This document shows positions 29,089-38,713 of a stretch of 64,000 nt of DNA, in pieces. A model generated the notes under the pieces. That model was not told the origin of the DNA. It made no database searches and was given only the letters and a program-made list of their open reading frames with translations. The number at the start of each line of letters is the position of its first letter. The stretch's first letter is position 1. The stretch is from the IMG/VR virus record IMGVR_UViG_3300047552_000481, positions 15,081 to 79,080 of that record; one strand, written 5' to 3'. The DNA is from a virus. The position numbers and the translations under genes are program-made.

Positions 29089-30465
29089 ATGAATAAACTT
29101 ATTATATTCGATTTGGATGGTGTTTTGGTAGAATCGAAAGAGTGGCATTTCTACAGTTTAAATGATGCATTAGAGAAGGTTGATCCAAAGTATATGATAT
29201 CGTATGATGAACATTTATCAACATATGATGGATTGAACACAACCAAGAAACTAAAAATTCTAACACAGAACAAAGGTTTAGATCCAAAATATTATGATCA
29301 AGTTTGGCAAGACAAGCAGACTGCAACATTTGAAATTTTAAAAACAATTAAACCAAATCAAAAGAACATATCTATTTTCAAGGAATTGCGAAGTCGAGGA
29401 TACAAAATTGCTGTCGCATCCAATTCAATTAGAGAATCATTAAAGTTAATGATTTTAAATATGGGATTGATGGAATATACCGATTTGTGTATTTCCAATG
29501 AAGATGTTTCCAGAACAAAACCTTATCCAGAAATGTATTGGAAATGTATGACATTATTGAATGCATTACCCAAGAATACAATTATCATAGAAGATTCCCA
29601 TCTGGGCAGACAAGGTGCATTAGATTCTGGTGCCCATTTATTGGCAATTGAAAATGTTGACGATTTAAGTTTAAGCAAGATTTTACGAAAAATAGGTGAG
29701 GTTGAGAATATGGATCATAAAGATGTACCTTGGATTGATAATAAATTAAATGTATTAATTCCTATGGCCGGGAGAGGATCTAGATTTGAGCAGGCAGGAT
29801 ATACATTTCCCAAACCATTAATTGATGTTCGTGGAAAACCAATGATCAAAATGGTTGTTGATAACCTTAACATTCAAGCTAATTATATTTTCTTGGTATT
29901 AAAGGAACATATTGAGAAATATAATGTTGATTATATGTTACGATTGATGGTTCCTAATTGTAAGATTGTTGTTGTAGACCAAGTAACAGAAGGTTCCGCT
30001 TGTACAGTTTTATTAGCAAAAGATCTAATTGATAATGATAATCCTTTACTAATGGCAAATTCAGATCAGTTTTTGGTCTGGAATTCTAATGAAATACTTT
30101 ACGCTTTCAAGAATGATTCCATCGATGGTGGTATGGTAACATTTGAGAATTCAAGTCCAAAATGGTCATTTGCTAAATTAGATGAAAAGGGTTTCATTTC
30201 AGAAGTAGCAGAAAAGCGACCAATCTCAGATCACGCCAATACTGGCGTGATGTATTATAGAAAGGGGTCAGATTTTGTAAAATATGCAGAACAGATGATT
30301 GAAAAGAATATTCGTGTGAATGGTGAATTTTACACAACACCAGTAATGAATGAAGCTATCGCCGATGGTAAACTATTCAAAATCAAGCATATTGAACAAT
30401 TTTGGGGAACTGGAACACCAGAAGATTTAGATTCATTCTTAAGAGATTATAAAGGTAAGGTATGA
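29089..30465 (+). CDS. HAD phosphatase fused to sugar-phosphate nucleotidyltransferase
   Basis: FDLDGVL, KPYPE, IEDS; then PMAGRGSRF..PKPLI, NSDQ, AEK, GTPEDL. Confidence 0.9.
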   Translation: MNKLIIFDLDGVLVESKEWHFYSLNDALEKVDPKYMISYDEHLSTYDGLNTTKKLKILTQNKGLDPKYYDQVWQDKQTATFEILKTIKPNQKNISIFKELRSRGYKIAVASNSIRESLKLMILNMGLMEYTDLCISNEDVSRTKPYPEMYWKCMTLLNALPKNTIIIEDSHLGRQGALDSGAHLLAIENVDDLSLSKILRKIGEVENMDHKDVPWIDNKLNVLIPMAGRGSRFEQAGYTFPKPLIDVRGKPMIKMVVDNLNIQANYIFLVLKEHIEKYNVDYMLRLMVPNCKIVVVDQVTEGSACTVLLAKDLIDNDNPLLMANSDQFLVWNSNEILYAFKNDSIDGGMVTFENSSPKWSFAKLDEKGFISEVAEKRPISDHANTGVMYYRKGSDFVKYAEQMIEKNIRVNGEFYTTPVMNEAIADGKLFKIKHIEQFWGTGTPEDLDSFLRDYKGKV

Positions 30466-31262
30466 TCACATTAGTAACAATTTTTTATGACATAGGTAGA
30501 AAGGATTGGGGCAATTTTACTAGGAGTGTTGAAGAATATTTAACTGCCTTTACATTTTTCTTACATTATGATTATAAGATGATTGTTTTCATTGATGACA
30601 GATATCACGATAAGTTCATTGATTATTGTGGTGGAAGATTACACGAGAACATTAAAGTAATTAGAATCAATAGAGATTGGTTAAATAATAACATTTGGGC
30701 ATGGTCTAAATATAAAAAAGAAAAGGAGATTATGGGGTCTGAAACATATAGAAAAATCATTCCAGAACGAATTGCATTAAATTATCCAGAGAACACTAGA
30801 CCAGAATATACTATTTTAACTCATTCTAAAATTGATCTGGTTAATTATGTCATTGATAATAATCTAACAGAAGATGAATATGTTGGGTTTGTTGATTTTG
30901 GGTATTTTCATGACAAGACTGATCAGAGATATGTTCCCAGAGATACATTAGATATTAATAAGTTTGATTTGGATCGTGTAAATGTTTGCGCTGTTAATCC
31001 TATTAACAAGCAGGATAAGAATATTACTTGGACATTAATTAACGCACCAGAAAAGTTAGCAGCATATTTTTTCCTTGGTAATAGAGAAAATCTTAAGAAG
31101 TTTCAAGAGTTGGCACACAAATGGTTAGAAATCTTCCAGAATAAAAATATTGCCGACGATGAACAACATTTATGGTTACAATGTTATTTTGAGAATCCGG
31201 AATTATTTAGAGTATGGGCATTTGGTTATTGGCATCAAGCATTGAGGCATTTTAGTAAATGA
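30462..31262 (+). CDS. HtrL/YibB (WlaTC)-like glycosyltransferase
   Basis: TLVT.FYDIGR..W, HSK, VDFG, DDEQ. Confidence 0.75.
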   Translation: MITLVTIFYDIGRKDWGNFTRSVEEYLTAFTFFLHYDYKMIVFIDDRYHDKFIDYCGGRLHENIKVIRINRDWLNNNIWAWSKYKKEKEIMGSETYRKIIPERIALNYPENTRPEYTILTHSKIDLVNYVIDNNLTEDEYVGFVDFGYFHDKTDQRYVPRDTLDINKFDLDRVNVCAVNPINKQDKNITWTLINAPEKLAAYFFLGNRENLKKFQELAHKWLEIFQNKNIADDEQHLWLQCYFENPELFRVWAFGYWHQALRHFSK

Positions 31263-32065
31263 ACATTACATTTTTCATAACCCATAAAACGTTAGGTGTA
31301 GAGCATCTTGATTGTTGTTTTAAAAGTTTATCTAACCAATCATTATTATCAGCACCTATTTTTGATAAGTTATATATTTATAATACTCATGAAGACGAAT
31401 TATCTAATGAATTGATATTAGAGTATTATTACTTATATTGTTTAGATCGAATGTTTGGTGGTGTTGAGATATTTCCTTATGACAGCAATACTCATAAATC
31501 ATTGGGAGCAGATGTTAATGCCATCAAAGAATTTTGTCTAAATAACTTTGATGGACAAGATAGGGTTCTGATTTTAAAGTCCGATTGTCTTTTATCTAAA
31601 AATTACTTTAAAACGATTTTATCAACAAATCAAAGGGTTAGGGGAAATGTATATTTTGTGGCACCATTTATTTGTGCGAAACAGCGAGTTCCTAATGATG
31701 AAATATTTCAGTATTTGAATCGAGACAAAGTAGTATTTTCTGACGATATTACATTTTTTGTGGAAGATCAGTATCAGAGTATTAATACTGATTTCAACAA
31801 CAGAGACATTGATATTCTAAGTGAACAAATCAAATTTACATCTTGTTATGTAATTAGAGATTTCTCATGCCACTATTTCAATGTTGGTTTATTTCCTAAT
31901 ATAACTATTCAATATCAAAGTTGGGGTGGTGTTAATTTTTCAGAATTGATTCCTCATTTTGTTAGGACCGAAGATTGTTTTGTTATTCACAAATATCATT
32001 CTATCTTATCGGAAAATAGAAATACTGATAGAGAAGGACCGGTTAAGGCGTGGTTAGAAAGTTGA
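31259..32065 (+). CDS. Putative GT-A-like protein
   Basis: Island context; N-terminal beta strand FFITH, LKSD, HKYH. Confidence 0.45.
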   Translation: MNITFFITHKTLGVEHLDCCFKSLSNQSLLSAPIFDKLYIYNTHEDELSNELILEYYYLYCLDRMFGGVEIFPYDSNTHKSLGADVNAIKEFCLNNFDGQDRVLILKSDCLLSKNYFKTILSTNQRVRGNVYFVAPFICAKQRVPNDEIFQYLNRDKVVFSDDITFFVEDQYQSINTDFNNRDIDILSEQIKFTSCYVIRDFSCHYFNVGLFPNITIQYQSWGGVNFSELIPHFVRTEDCFVIHKYHSILSENRNTDREGPVKAWLES

Positions 32066-32706
32066 AAATAGCAGTATTATTGCCGGGTCATATCAGAGCC
32101 TGGGATTATTGTAAGCAAAATTTTATGGATACAATCTATGATAATACTCATCAAATAGATGTTTTCATTGATACTTATAATGATATATTTAGGAATGATT
32201 ATCAATTACATAAAGAAAATGAGATGGGTATAATTAAGGATGATTCTGAGGTATTATCATTATTTGAAGGAATTAATGTTGTTGATTTTAAGATTGAGAA
32301 TCAAATTCCTGGTGATGCTGAACAGATGCAGATTAGGAAGATATTAAAGAACGTCGAGACATATGAAAATTATGAACAAATGAATGGATTATATGATTTA
32401 GTTATAAAGAGTAGATGTGATATATTATTGGATGAGAAATTGGATTATGAAGAGATTCATAGGAATTGTGTAGAATCGAGGTTGATATATATTGGTACTG
32501 GTGCTGTACATATGCGAGAAAACGATATGTTTGCAATATGTAATAGTGAAACATTTAAATTTTATGGTAAAAGATTTTTAGATTTTCCAACGATTCATAG
32601 GAGTATGAATGAAATAGAATTGAAATATAATGTTTCATATTCACAAACAATTGGAATATCTATTGTACGATTAGATGGTAACAAAAACTATACGGTGTTC
32701 AAATGA
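32050..32706 (+). CDS. Putative glycosyltransferase (paralog family)
   Basis: KIAVLLPGHIR, DVFIDTY, YDLVIKSRCD, NDMF. Confidence 0.6.
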   Translation: MVRKLKIAVLLPGHIRAWDYCKQNFMDTIYDNTHQIDVFIDTYNDIFRNDYQLHKENEMGIIKDDSEVLSLFEGINVVDFKIENQIPGDAEQMQIRKILKNVETYENYEQMNGLYDLVIKSRCDILLDEKLDYEEIHRNCVESRLIYIGTGAVHMRENDMFAICNSETFKFYGKRFLDFPTIHRSMNEIELKYNVSYSQTIGISIVRLDGNKNYTVFK

Positions 32707-33422
32707 CAAATTTATATAACAGTAGTGGAAAAATTGATAGAGATCAAGACATTTATGATGCATTTAATGATTTTATATTTTCCACAGACAGGAACATATT
32801 TAATAAGATGTGGGCAAAAATGTATTTCTATGAAATGACAAAAGATTTACATGGAGATATAGTTGAATGTGGAGTATTTAAAGGTTCTGGCATGTCGGTT
32901 TGGTTGAAATTATTAGATATGTATGAACCTAATAGTATAAAAAAAGTAATTGGGTTTGATATGTTTGATCCTGGGTTTGTTGATAATTTAGAAGATATAG
33001 AAAAACATACGATGCAACAGGTATTTGATAGATGCAATATTGATTATGATGATGTATCATTGGAAACCATTAACAATAGATTATTAAATGCGGAATTTAA
33101 ACATGATAAATTTGAATTAGTAAAGGGCGATGTTTCATTTACAACTGAAGAATTTGTTGTTTCTCGTCCTGGTGCAAAAATTAGTATTTTATATCTTGAT
33201 TTAGATTTAGAAGAACCAACATATAATGTATTATATAATTTGTGGGATCGAGTTGTTCCGGGTGGTGTAATTGTATTTGATGAATATTGTTATCACAAAT
33301 GGACAGAAACGGCAGCAGCAGATAATTTTTTATCATATTTAGATTTCAAATATATAAAGGAAAATGGTTTTAAATTAAGCAAATTAAATATTAAATCACC
33401 AACAGCGTATATAATCAAATGA
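32703..33422 (+). CDS. TylF/MycF-family sugar O-methyltransferase
   Basis: GDIVECGVFKG, GFDMF, LVKGD, LDLD, GGVIVFDEY. Confidence 0.9.
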   Translation: MTNLYNSSGKIDRDQDIYDAFNDFIFSTDRNIFNKMWAKMYFYEMTKDLHGDIVECGVFKGSGMSVWLKLLDMYEPNSIKKVIGFDMFDPGFVDNLEDIEKHTMQQVFDRCNIDYDDVSLETINNRLLNAEFKHDKFELVKGDVSFTTEEFVVSRPGAKISILYLDLDLEEPTYNVLYNLWDRVVPGGVIVFDEYCYHKWTETAAADNFLSYLDFKYIKENGFKLSKLNIKSPTAYIIK

Positions 33423-34099
33423 AAGTAGCAATCATATATAACGGAAATGTAAGAACATTAGAACAAACGATAGATAACAATATCGAGAAATTTGAATTTT
33501 TGAATCCTGATTATTTTGCTTCAACATATCTCCACAAATATGGTTATCATCCTGCCGTCCAAACTTCAACAGGATTCTTTACAGATGAAGAATTAACAAT
33601 AGAACAGGTATATGCCCAATATGAAAAATTAAATACGAAAGACATTTTAATTGATAGAATTCAGGACATGACAACATTTTATGAATCTGAACAACATAAG
33701 ATCAACCCAAATATGAATCATGTGTCATCATATCTTCAATATGTCAAACTTAAGACTGGTCTAAAGATGATTAAAAATTATGATGTCATTATTAAAACCA
33801 GATGTGATTTGTTATTAAATAATATATCTCACATTAATTTCGATAATATTGATAACAAGTTAATTGTTGATAAGGGCAACATATTTCCTAATGATTGTAT
33901 TTTCATGACATCTACTGAAAAGATGTATAAACTAGCCGATTTCATGGTTAATGAATTTTATAATTTAACAGATGTTGAAAGTTCAACTAATCCTCCACAC
34001 GGTTTATTATGTTCTGCTTGTAGACATCTAAATTTAGAGATTGAACAACATCACATCATTGATTGTGTTATTCGAGCCAATACGAGGATATATCTATGA
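33419..34099 (+). CDS. Putative glycosyltransferase (paralog family)
   Basis: KVAIIYNGNVR, DYFASTY, YDVIIKTRCD, PND. Confidence 0.6.
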   Translation: MKVAIIYNGNVRTLEQTIDNNIEKFEFLNPDYFASTYLHKYGYHPAVQTSTGFFTDEELTIEQVYAQYEKLNTKDILIDRIQDMTTFYESEQHKINPNMNHVSSYLQYVKLKTGLKMIKNYDVIIKTRCDLLLNNISHINFDNIDNKLIVDKGNIFPNDCIFMTSTEKMYKLADFMVNEFYNLTDVESSTNPPHGLLCSACRHLNLEIEQHHIIDCVIRANTRIYL

Positions 34100-34761
34100 A
34101 ATATTACAGTCAATATGATCAAGATAAAATTGTGAATGAACATTTCTTCCATAATAATAAGAATGGAATCTTTGTTGATATTGGCGCACACGATGGTAAA
34201 TTCTTAAGTAACACATATTTCTTTGAAAAATATCTAGATTGGACCGGAATTTGCGTAGAACCAAATCCAGAGGTATATCAAACACTCATTGAAAATAGAA
34301 AATCTAAATGTTATAATATTGGATTAAATGATGTCCCAGGAAAGGTTTTGTTTCAACAAAATTCTGGTTATACAGAAACATTAAGCGGTATTGTTAATCA
34401 ATTTGAAGAAGAACATGTTCAGCGAATAGAAAATGAAAATCTAGAACACAATTTAATCCCAAATTACATAGAAATTGAATGCGATACTCTCAATAATATA
34501 TTAGAATATTGTAATATAAATACTATTGATTACATGAGTATAGATACAGAAGGCTCCGAATATAACATATTAAAGAACTTTGATTTTGACAAGTATCACG
34601 TAAACGTATTAGATGTTGAGATAAATTACTTTATGTCCGAAAAGGCACAGAACATTTTTGAATTATTGAAAAACAGGTTTGGTCGTATTATACGGGTAAG
34701 ACAAGATATCATTTTTATAAACAACGATTTGAGATATTCATATGAAACTAATTGCACATAG
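34096..34761 (+). CDS. FkbM-family methyltransferase
   Basis: YSQYDQD, FVDIGAHDG..SNT, VEPNP, IDTEGSE. Confidence 0.9.
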   Translation: MKYYSQYDQDKIVNEHFFHNNKNGIFVDIGAHDGKFLSNTYFFEKYLDWTGICVEPNPEVYQTLIENRKSKCYNIGLNDVPGKVLFQQNSGYTETLSGIVNQFEEEHVQRIENENLEHNLIPNYIEIECDTLNNILEYCNINTIDYMSIDTEGSEYNILKNFDFDKYHVNVLDVEINYFMSEKAQNIFELLKNRFGRIIRVRQDIIFINNDLRYSYETNCT

Positions 34762-35200
34762 AGGAAATGTATCTGGAGCAAATCCAGAATTAGAGAATTC
34801 TCCACAACAAATTGATTATTGTATCATGAAAGGTTTTGATGTTGAAATTGACGTTTGGTATATAGATAGAAAGTTTTATCTTGGCCATGATACATATCAA
34901 TATGAAGTATCACTTTCATATTTAAGTGAAAGATCAAAATATCTATGGATGCATTGTAAGAATTTATTGGCGTTACGAGAGTTTCAACACACATGGTTTA
35001 ATTATTTTTGGCACCAAAAAGATGATTACACATTAACTTCTCTGGGATATATCTGGACATATCCTGGGCTAAATTATTTTACTAATTCAAGACAAGTATT
35101 ATTAGATTTTTCTGAAATGTCAGATAAAAAACTAGAATATTATGAAAGTCTTGGTGTTTATGGTTTATGTTCAGATTATGTAAATTATAAATACTTATAA
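34742..35200 (+). CDS. Glycerophosphodiester phosphodiesterase-like protein (short form)
   Basis: IAHRGN, EN.P, VEIDV, LGHD, HCKN, CSD. Confidence 0.8.
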   Translation: MKLIAHRGNVSGANPELENSPQQIDYCIMKGFDVEIDVWYIDRKFYLGHDTYQYEVSLSYLSERSKYLWMHCKNLLALREFQHTWFNYFWHQKDDYTLTSLGYIWTYPGLNYFTNSRQVLLDFSEMSDKKLEYYESLGVYGLCSDYVNYKYL

Positions 35201-35203
35201 ATA
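35186..35203 (+). promoter_or_regulatory. Tandem T4 late promoters starting the late block
   Basis: TATAAATA twice (35186, 35196). Confidence 0.75.
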
Positions 35204-35220
35204 CTTAATTTACAACAAAC

Positions 35221-35976
35221 ATGTTAAATTCAATTTTTTTAGTAGGTGGGCCTGGGTCTGGTAAAAATATATTACTAGATACCATTAAAAAATATAATTT
35301 TAAAGAAATTACATTAGATAGTATCAATTCTAACTTAGATAAGTTAACTGAGAATTATATTATCAATTGTAATGCATATGCTTATGATAAAATTATAGAA
35401 ACCAATAATATATTATTAGATAATAACTATAACACATCAATGATTTTTGTTGATGTGAATGAGAATACAGTTAAAAACAGAACTTTCGGTAGATTGATAT
35501 CTGAAGATATTTATCAGAAAAAATATATTCAATCTAAAGAAAACTTATATAAATTTTATGATTTGTTTGAGAATTTTATCAGATATGATAATAATAATGA
35601 TTTATCTGAACAGGACTTTTCTGATGTAGAAAAATTTATTATTGAAGTATTATCATTAAGTAATATAAAAGCTTTTGTTAAGAAATTGAAAGCTAAAGGG
35701 GAAAACATTAGACCATCTAAAATTAATTATAGATCTTCAAATACTACTAGATCTAAATTAAATAAGACGGTTCAACCAGATGAAGATTTAATCAATAATG
35801 TTAAGCAAAGTATAAAAGTATCAGAAAATGCTGAACCATCGGTTTCAAATGTATCTATGATTGGTGTAGAAGGCGGCGGATTTAAACAAGAAGAACCTAT
35901 TCAATCTAAGAGTTATAGTTGTAAACCAACAAGAAAAACTTGGAAACGTGCCAAGAAAATCTTATTCAAAGGGTAA
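35221..35976 (+). CDS. P-loop NTPase/kinase-like late protein
   Basis: FLVGGPGSGK Walker A, MIFVD..R. Confidence 0.65.
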   Translation: MLNSIFLVGGPGSGKNILLDTIKKYNFKEITLDSINSNLDKLTENYIINCNAYAYDKIIETNNILLDNNYNTSMIFVDVNENTVKNRTFGRLISEDIYQKKYIQSKENLYKFYDLFENFIRYDNNNDLSEQDFSDVEKFIIEVLSLSNIKAFVKKLKAKGENIRPSKINYRSSNTTRSKLNKTVQPDEDLINNVKQSIKVSENAEPSVSNVSMIGVEGGGFKQEEPIQSKSYSCKPTRKTWKRAKKILFKG

Positions 35977-35983
35977 TAAGAGA

Positions 35984-36949
35984 ATGCTAAAAGAAAAATT
36001 ACTATCAATATATAATGAATATGGTGAAGAAGATGAATTATTAGAATATCGGATTACTCCACTCCGTAGATTTATACGTCTTATAGGAATGGACCCAGAA
36101 AAGATGTCTCAAAAGCAAATTGACAAGATTTCATCTGGTTCCAGATATAAACAATGGTTATCAACCAAACGAATTCTTCATCGTGCCTCAGAATCTAATA
36201 AACACAATCCAAATCTAAAAGAAGATTTATTAGATGAAAATCGATTTGCTGGATGGACTGCCAAGAAATTTCATAGACATCTATTAGATAATGGATTTGA
36301 ATTAGAAGGCGGCTCAAAACATTTTGGATACGTTCACAAGAAAACTGGACGTAAAATTAAACCAATTCCAAATCATAAGGGTGACATCCCACCAGGAACA
36401 GCCAAAGGAATATTAAATTCTATTGAAAACATTGTTAATGGAATTAATGAAGCAGATTCATATCAACCAAAAGATTATGAAATTGGAAAAGGTATTAAAT
36501 CTCCATCTGGAGCATTTAAGATTTATAAACGTAAATCGACCAGAGTAAATAAGAATACCACCAATTTACTTCCAACAGCAACATTAAAATCTGAATTAGT
36601 TAACAAAGGTTTTGATGTTCATACAACAACAAATATTACTACAAAAGGATTGAAGAAAGGTTTTCGTGCAACACCCAAAGAAAAACTTAAAGCCACTAAA
36701 GGAAAAGAGCATTATCTGATTCGTATGAAACAATCTGGAACAGCTTTCAAAGGTCAAACCGCACAAAGACTTAAATCATTATATCAAAAAGAAGATATTG
36801 AACATTTTACAGAAACAAAGGTTGAAAAACTGTTAAAAAAGAACAAACAGATTAAGAAAACCATGACTGGCAAACAATCTTCCGAAACGGATCTTATTCA
36901 AGTTAATCCAGAATTAACAACGAATAAACCAGAAAACTCTAATGATTAG
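35984..36949 (+). CDS. Probable internal head polyprotein containing a HicA-like domain
   Basis: HicA-like GF..GGSKH..H..PIPNHKGDIPPGT..GIL at about 36254-36424, flanked by LLE/LDE/INE motifs. Confidence 0.65.
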   Translation: MLKEKLLSIYNEYGEEDELLEYRITPLRRFIRLIGMDPEKMSQKQIDKISSGSRYKQWLSTKRILHRASESNKHNPNLKEDLLDENRFAGWTAKKFHRHLLDNGFELEGGSKHFGYVHKKTGRKIKPIPNHKGDIPPGTAKGILNSIENIVNGINEADSYQPKDYEIGKGIKSPSGAFKIYKRKSTRVNKNTTNLLPTATLKSELVNKGFDVHTTTNITTKGLKKGFRATPKEKLKATKGKEHYLIRMKQSGTAFKGQTAQRLKSLYQKEDIEHFTETKVEKLLKKNKQIKKTMTGKQSSETDLIQVNPELTTNKPENSND

Positions 36950-36953
36950 GATT

Positions 36954-36961
36954 TATAAATA
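36954..36961 (+). promoter_or_regulatory. T4 late promoter
   Basis: Intergenic TATAAATA. Confidence 0.75.
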
Positions 36962-36994
36962 GTAATATATCAACCACTTTTATAGGACACGACA

Positions 36995-37783
36995 ATGGCA
37001 ACATGGGGCAGACGAGATTTCGCAAATAACAAACCAACATTTCCTGTAGAACGGGAAGTTCGAACCACAATTAAAATAGCAACCAACAGAGCAGCAAACG
37101 TTGCAACTTCTAACGTAACAATATTTTTTGCTAATACCGCAAATTTAGTAGCAGGAATGTTTGTTTCTGGCAACAATGTTCCAACCACAGCAAATGCAGG
37201 ATTCTTTAAGAGTAATGTATCTATTGTAACTGTTAATTTATCAAATGTTGTTATTTCAAGAGCATTAACAGCTAATACTTCTGTTGGTGATGTTTTTACA
37301 TTTGACACATTAATTCCATATAAAGCTAATACTGTTGCAACATCTTACAATGCAAATACATATCTTGTAACTAAAACTCGTATTGCTAATACCCAAGGAA
37401 TTGGAAATAAAGTTGCTACAGATGGTTGGGTTCATGTTGAACAAGGTAAAGGGCATATTGCCAATTTATCAGTATCAAATGTAGTATCAACATTAACCTA
37501 TTCTAATGCTTATTTAGCATTTTCAACCACAGGCGAAGTTGCGGCTAATGCTCAAATTAGGGTAAGTGGAACATCAAATGTTTCTATCCAAATCAATTAT
37601 CAGGGTAGAGGATATGTTAATATTCCAACGGTTTCTGCAACTGGCGCAAATAATGGTAACTTAATTTTCACTGTAACTCCTGGTGGACGTTTAGGTAGAA
37701 CTCAATGTGAAACATTAGTAGCACTTTCTAATGCTGTAGCACTTTCTGCAACATCTGGTGGGCCATATTTCCCAGGATTATAA
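36995..37783 (+). CDS. Probable virion structural protein, Asn/Thr/Ser/Ala-rich
   Basis: Late promoter; MATWG..D start, GWV, R...ETLVAL typical of T4-like structural proteins. Confidence 0.7.
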   Translation: MATWGRRDFANNKPTFPVEREVRTTIKIATNRAANVATSNVTIFFANTANLVAGMFVSGNNVPTTANAGFFKSNVSIVTVNLSNVVISRALTANTSVGDVFTFDTLIPYKANTVATSYNANTYLVTKTRIANTQGIGNKVATDGWVHVEQGKGHIANLSVSNVVSTLTYSNAYLAFSTTGEVAANAQIRVSGTSNVSIQINYQGRGYVNIPTVSATGANNGNLIFTVTPGGRLGRTQCETLVALSNAVALSATSGGPYFPGL

Positions 37784-38163
37784 TGAAAACATATAAACAA
37801 TTGTTATCTGAATTACATAATATTCAACCTATTCATAATGATACTAATAAATCAGATACCATTTCAGAAATGAATAAGAACTTGCATCTTTCATTAGATG
37901 CAAGTTTCCAACACGTTTCAGAAGCCTTGATTAAAGTAAAGAAAACATTATCTATGTATGGTATTCAATTACCACAATTAGATATTAATGAAGGCTCAAG
38001 TGGTTCTACTAGTGTGGTTGTGTCTAAATTTGATTCGTCTGGGGAAAATCACAAAAATGTGACTGCCCCCGGAGAAGAAAAAGCAAATAAACTTAAATTT
38101 AGTTTTTCTTATAAACTAACAGACGGACATTATAACTGTAGGGCATCTATTACTAAAGCATAA
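37783..38163 (+). CDS. Late protein with capsid-targeting-like N-terminus
   Basis: MKTYKQLLSE resembles T4 internal-protein leader MKTYQEFIAE. Confidence 0.6.
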   Translation: MKTYKQLLSELHNIQPIHNDTNKSDTISEMNKNLHLSLDASFQHVSEALIKVKKTLSMYGIQLPQLDINEGSSGSTSVVVSKFDSSGENHKNVTAPGEEKANKLKFSFSYKLTDGHYNCRASITKA

Positions 38164-38549
38164 TGTTGAACAATTTAACCCATGAGAATTTTATTTTGTT
38201 TGCGGCAAATAACTATATTTCGCCCCATTATATCGAAAGTGAATTTTTTACTGACTTAAAGAAATTTAAGTATATTAAAAGATTGATAAATAAGTATAAT
38301 ACAACAGGTGATTTGAAATGTAGATTGCTACTGAACCATATTATTATGGTGTACAATGTCTTCAATACCGAAGCATGTACAAAAATGCTTTTTTTAAAGA
38401 ATAATGAAATAGATTATGTTATATTGAAAACATTTTTAGTATATTTGAATTATATGCCAGATCTTATAAAAGGTGTAAACGGGAAAGATATAATATCATC
38501 TGATATAGGTTTAGATTTCAACGTAGTTAACATATTAAGAGAAATATGA
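38163..38549 (+). CDS. Conserved T4-like hypothetical protein
   Basis: NFILFA..Y..P..EF..DLK.FKYIKRL..RLLLNH. Confidence 0.8.
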   Translation: MLNNLTHENFILFAANNYISPHYIESEFFTDLKKFKYIKRLINKYNTTGDLKCRLLLNHIIMVYNVFNTEACTKMLFLKNNEIDYVILKTFLVYLNYMPDLIKGVNGKDIISSDIGLDFNVVNILREI

Positions 38550-38713
38550 TATTCAAAGATTTTAGAAAAAAACTTAAAGAAGATTTTGCTGGAACCGGAG
38601 TTTCTGGTGTCGCTGGCATTGGTGTTCCTGTAAATGGGGATAAAGCCCAAGCCGAACCAGGAGGTAAAGCAGCAAAAATGACTTTATTAAAAAGAAAAAA
38701 GAGGATCAAATGA
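38546..38713 (+). CDS. Small conserved late protein (55 aa, not in ORF track)
   Basis: MIFKDFRKKLKE|DFAGTGVSGVAGIG..EPGG..KRKK; ATGA overlaps at both ends. Confidence 0.7.
   Translation: MIFKDFRKKLKEDFAGTGVSGVAGIGVPVNGDKAQAEPGGKAAKMTLLKRKKRIK

Noticed and set aside
24120-35200. Island as a T4-style DNA glucosylation system
   Set aside because: No dCMP hydroxymethylase or alpha/beta-glucosyltransferase recognisable in the window and the GT families are oligosaccharide-type; disfavoured, not excluded
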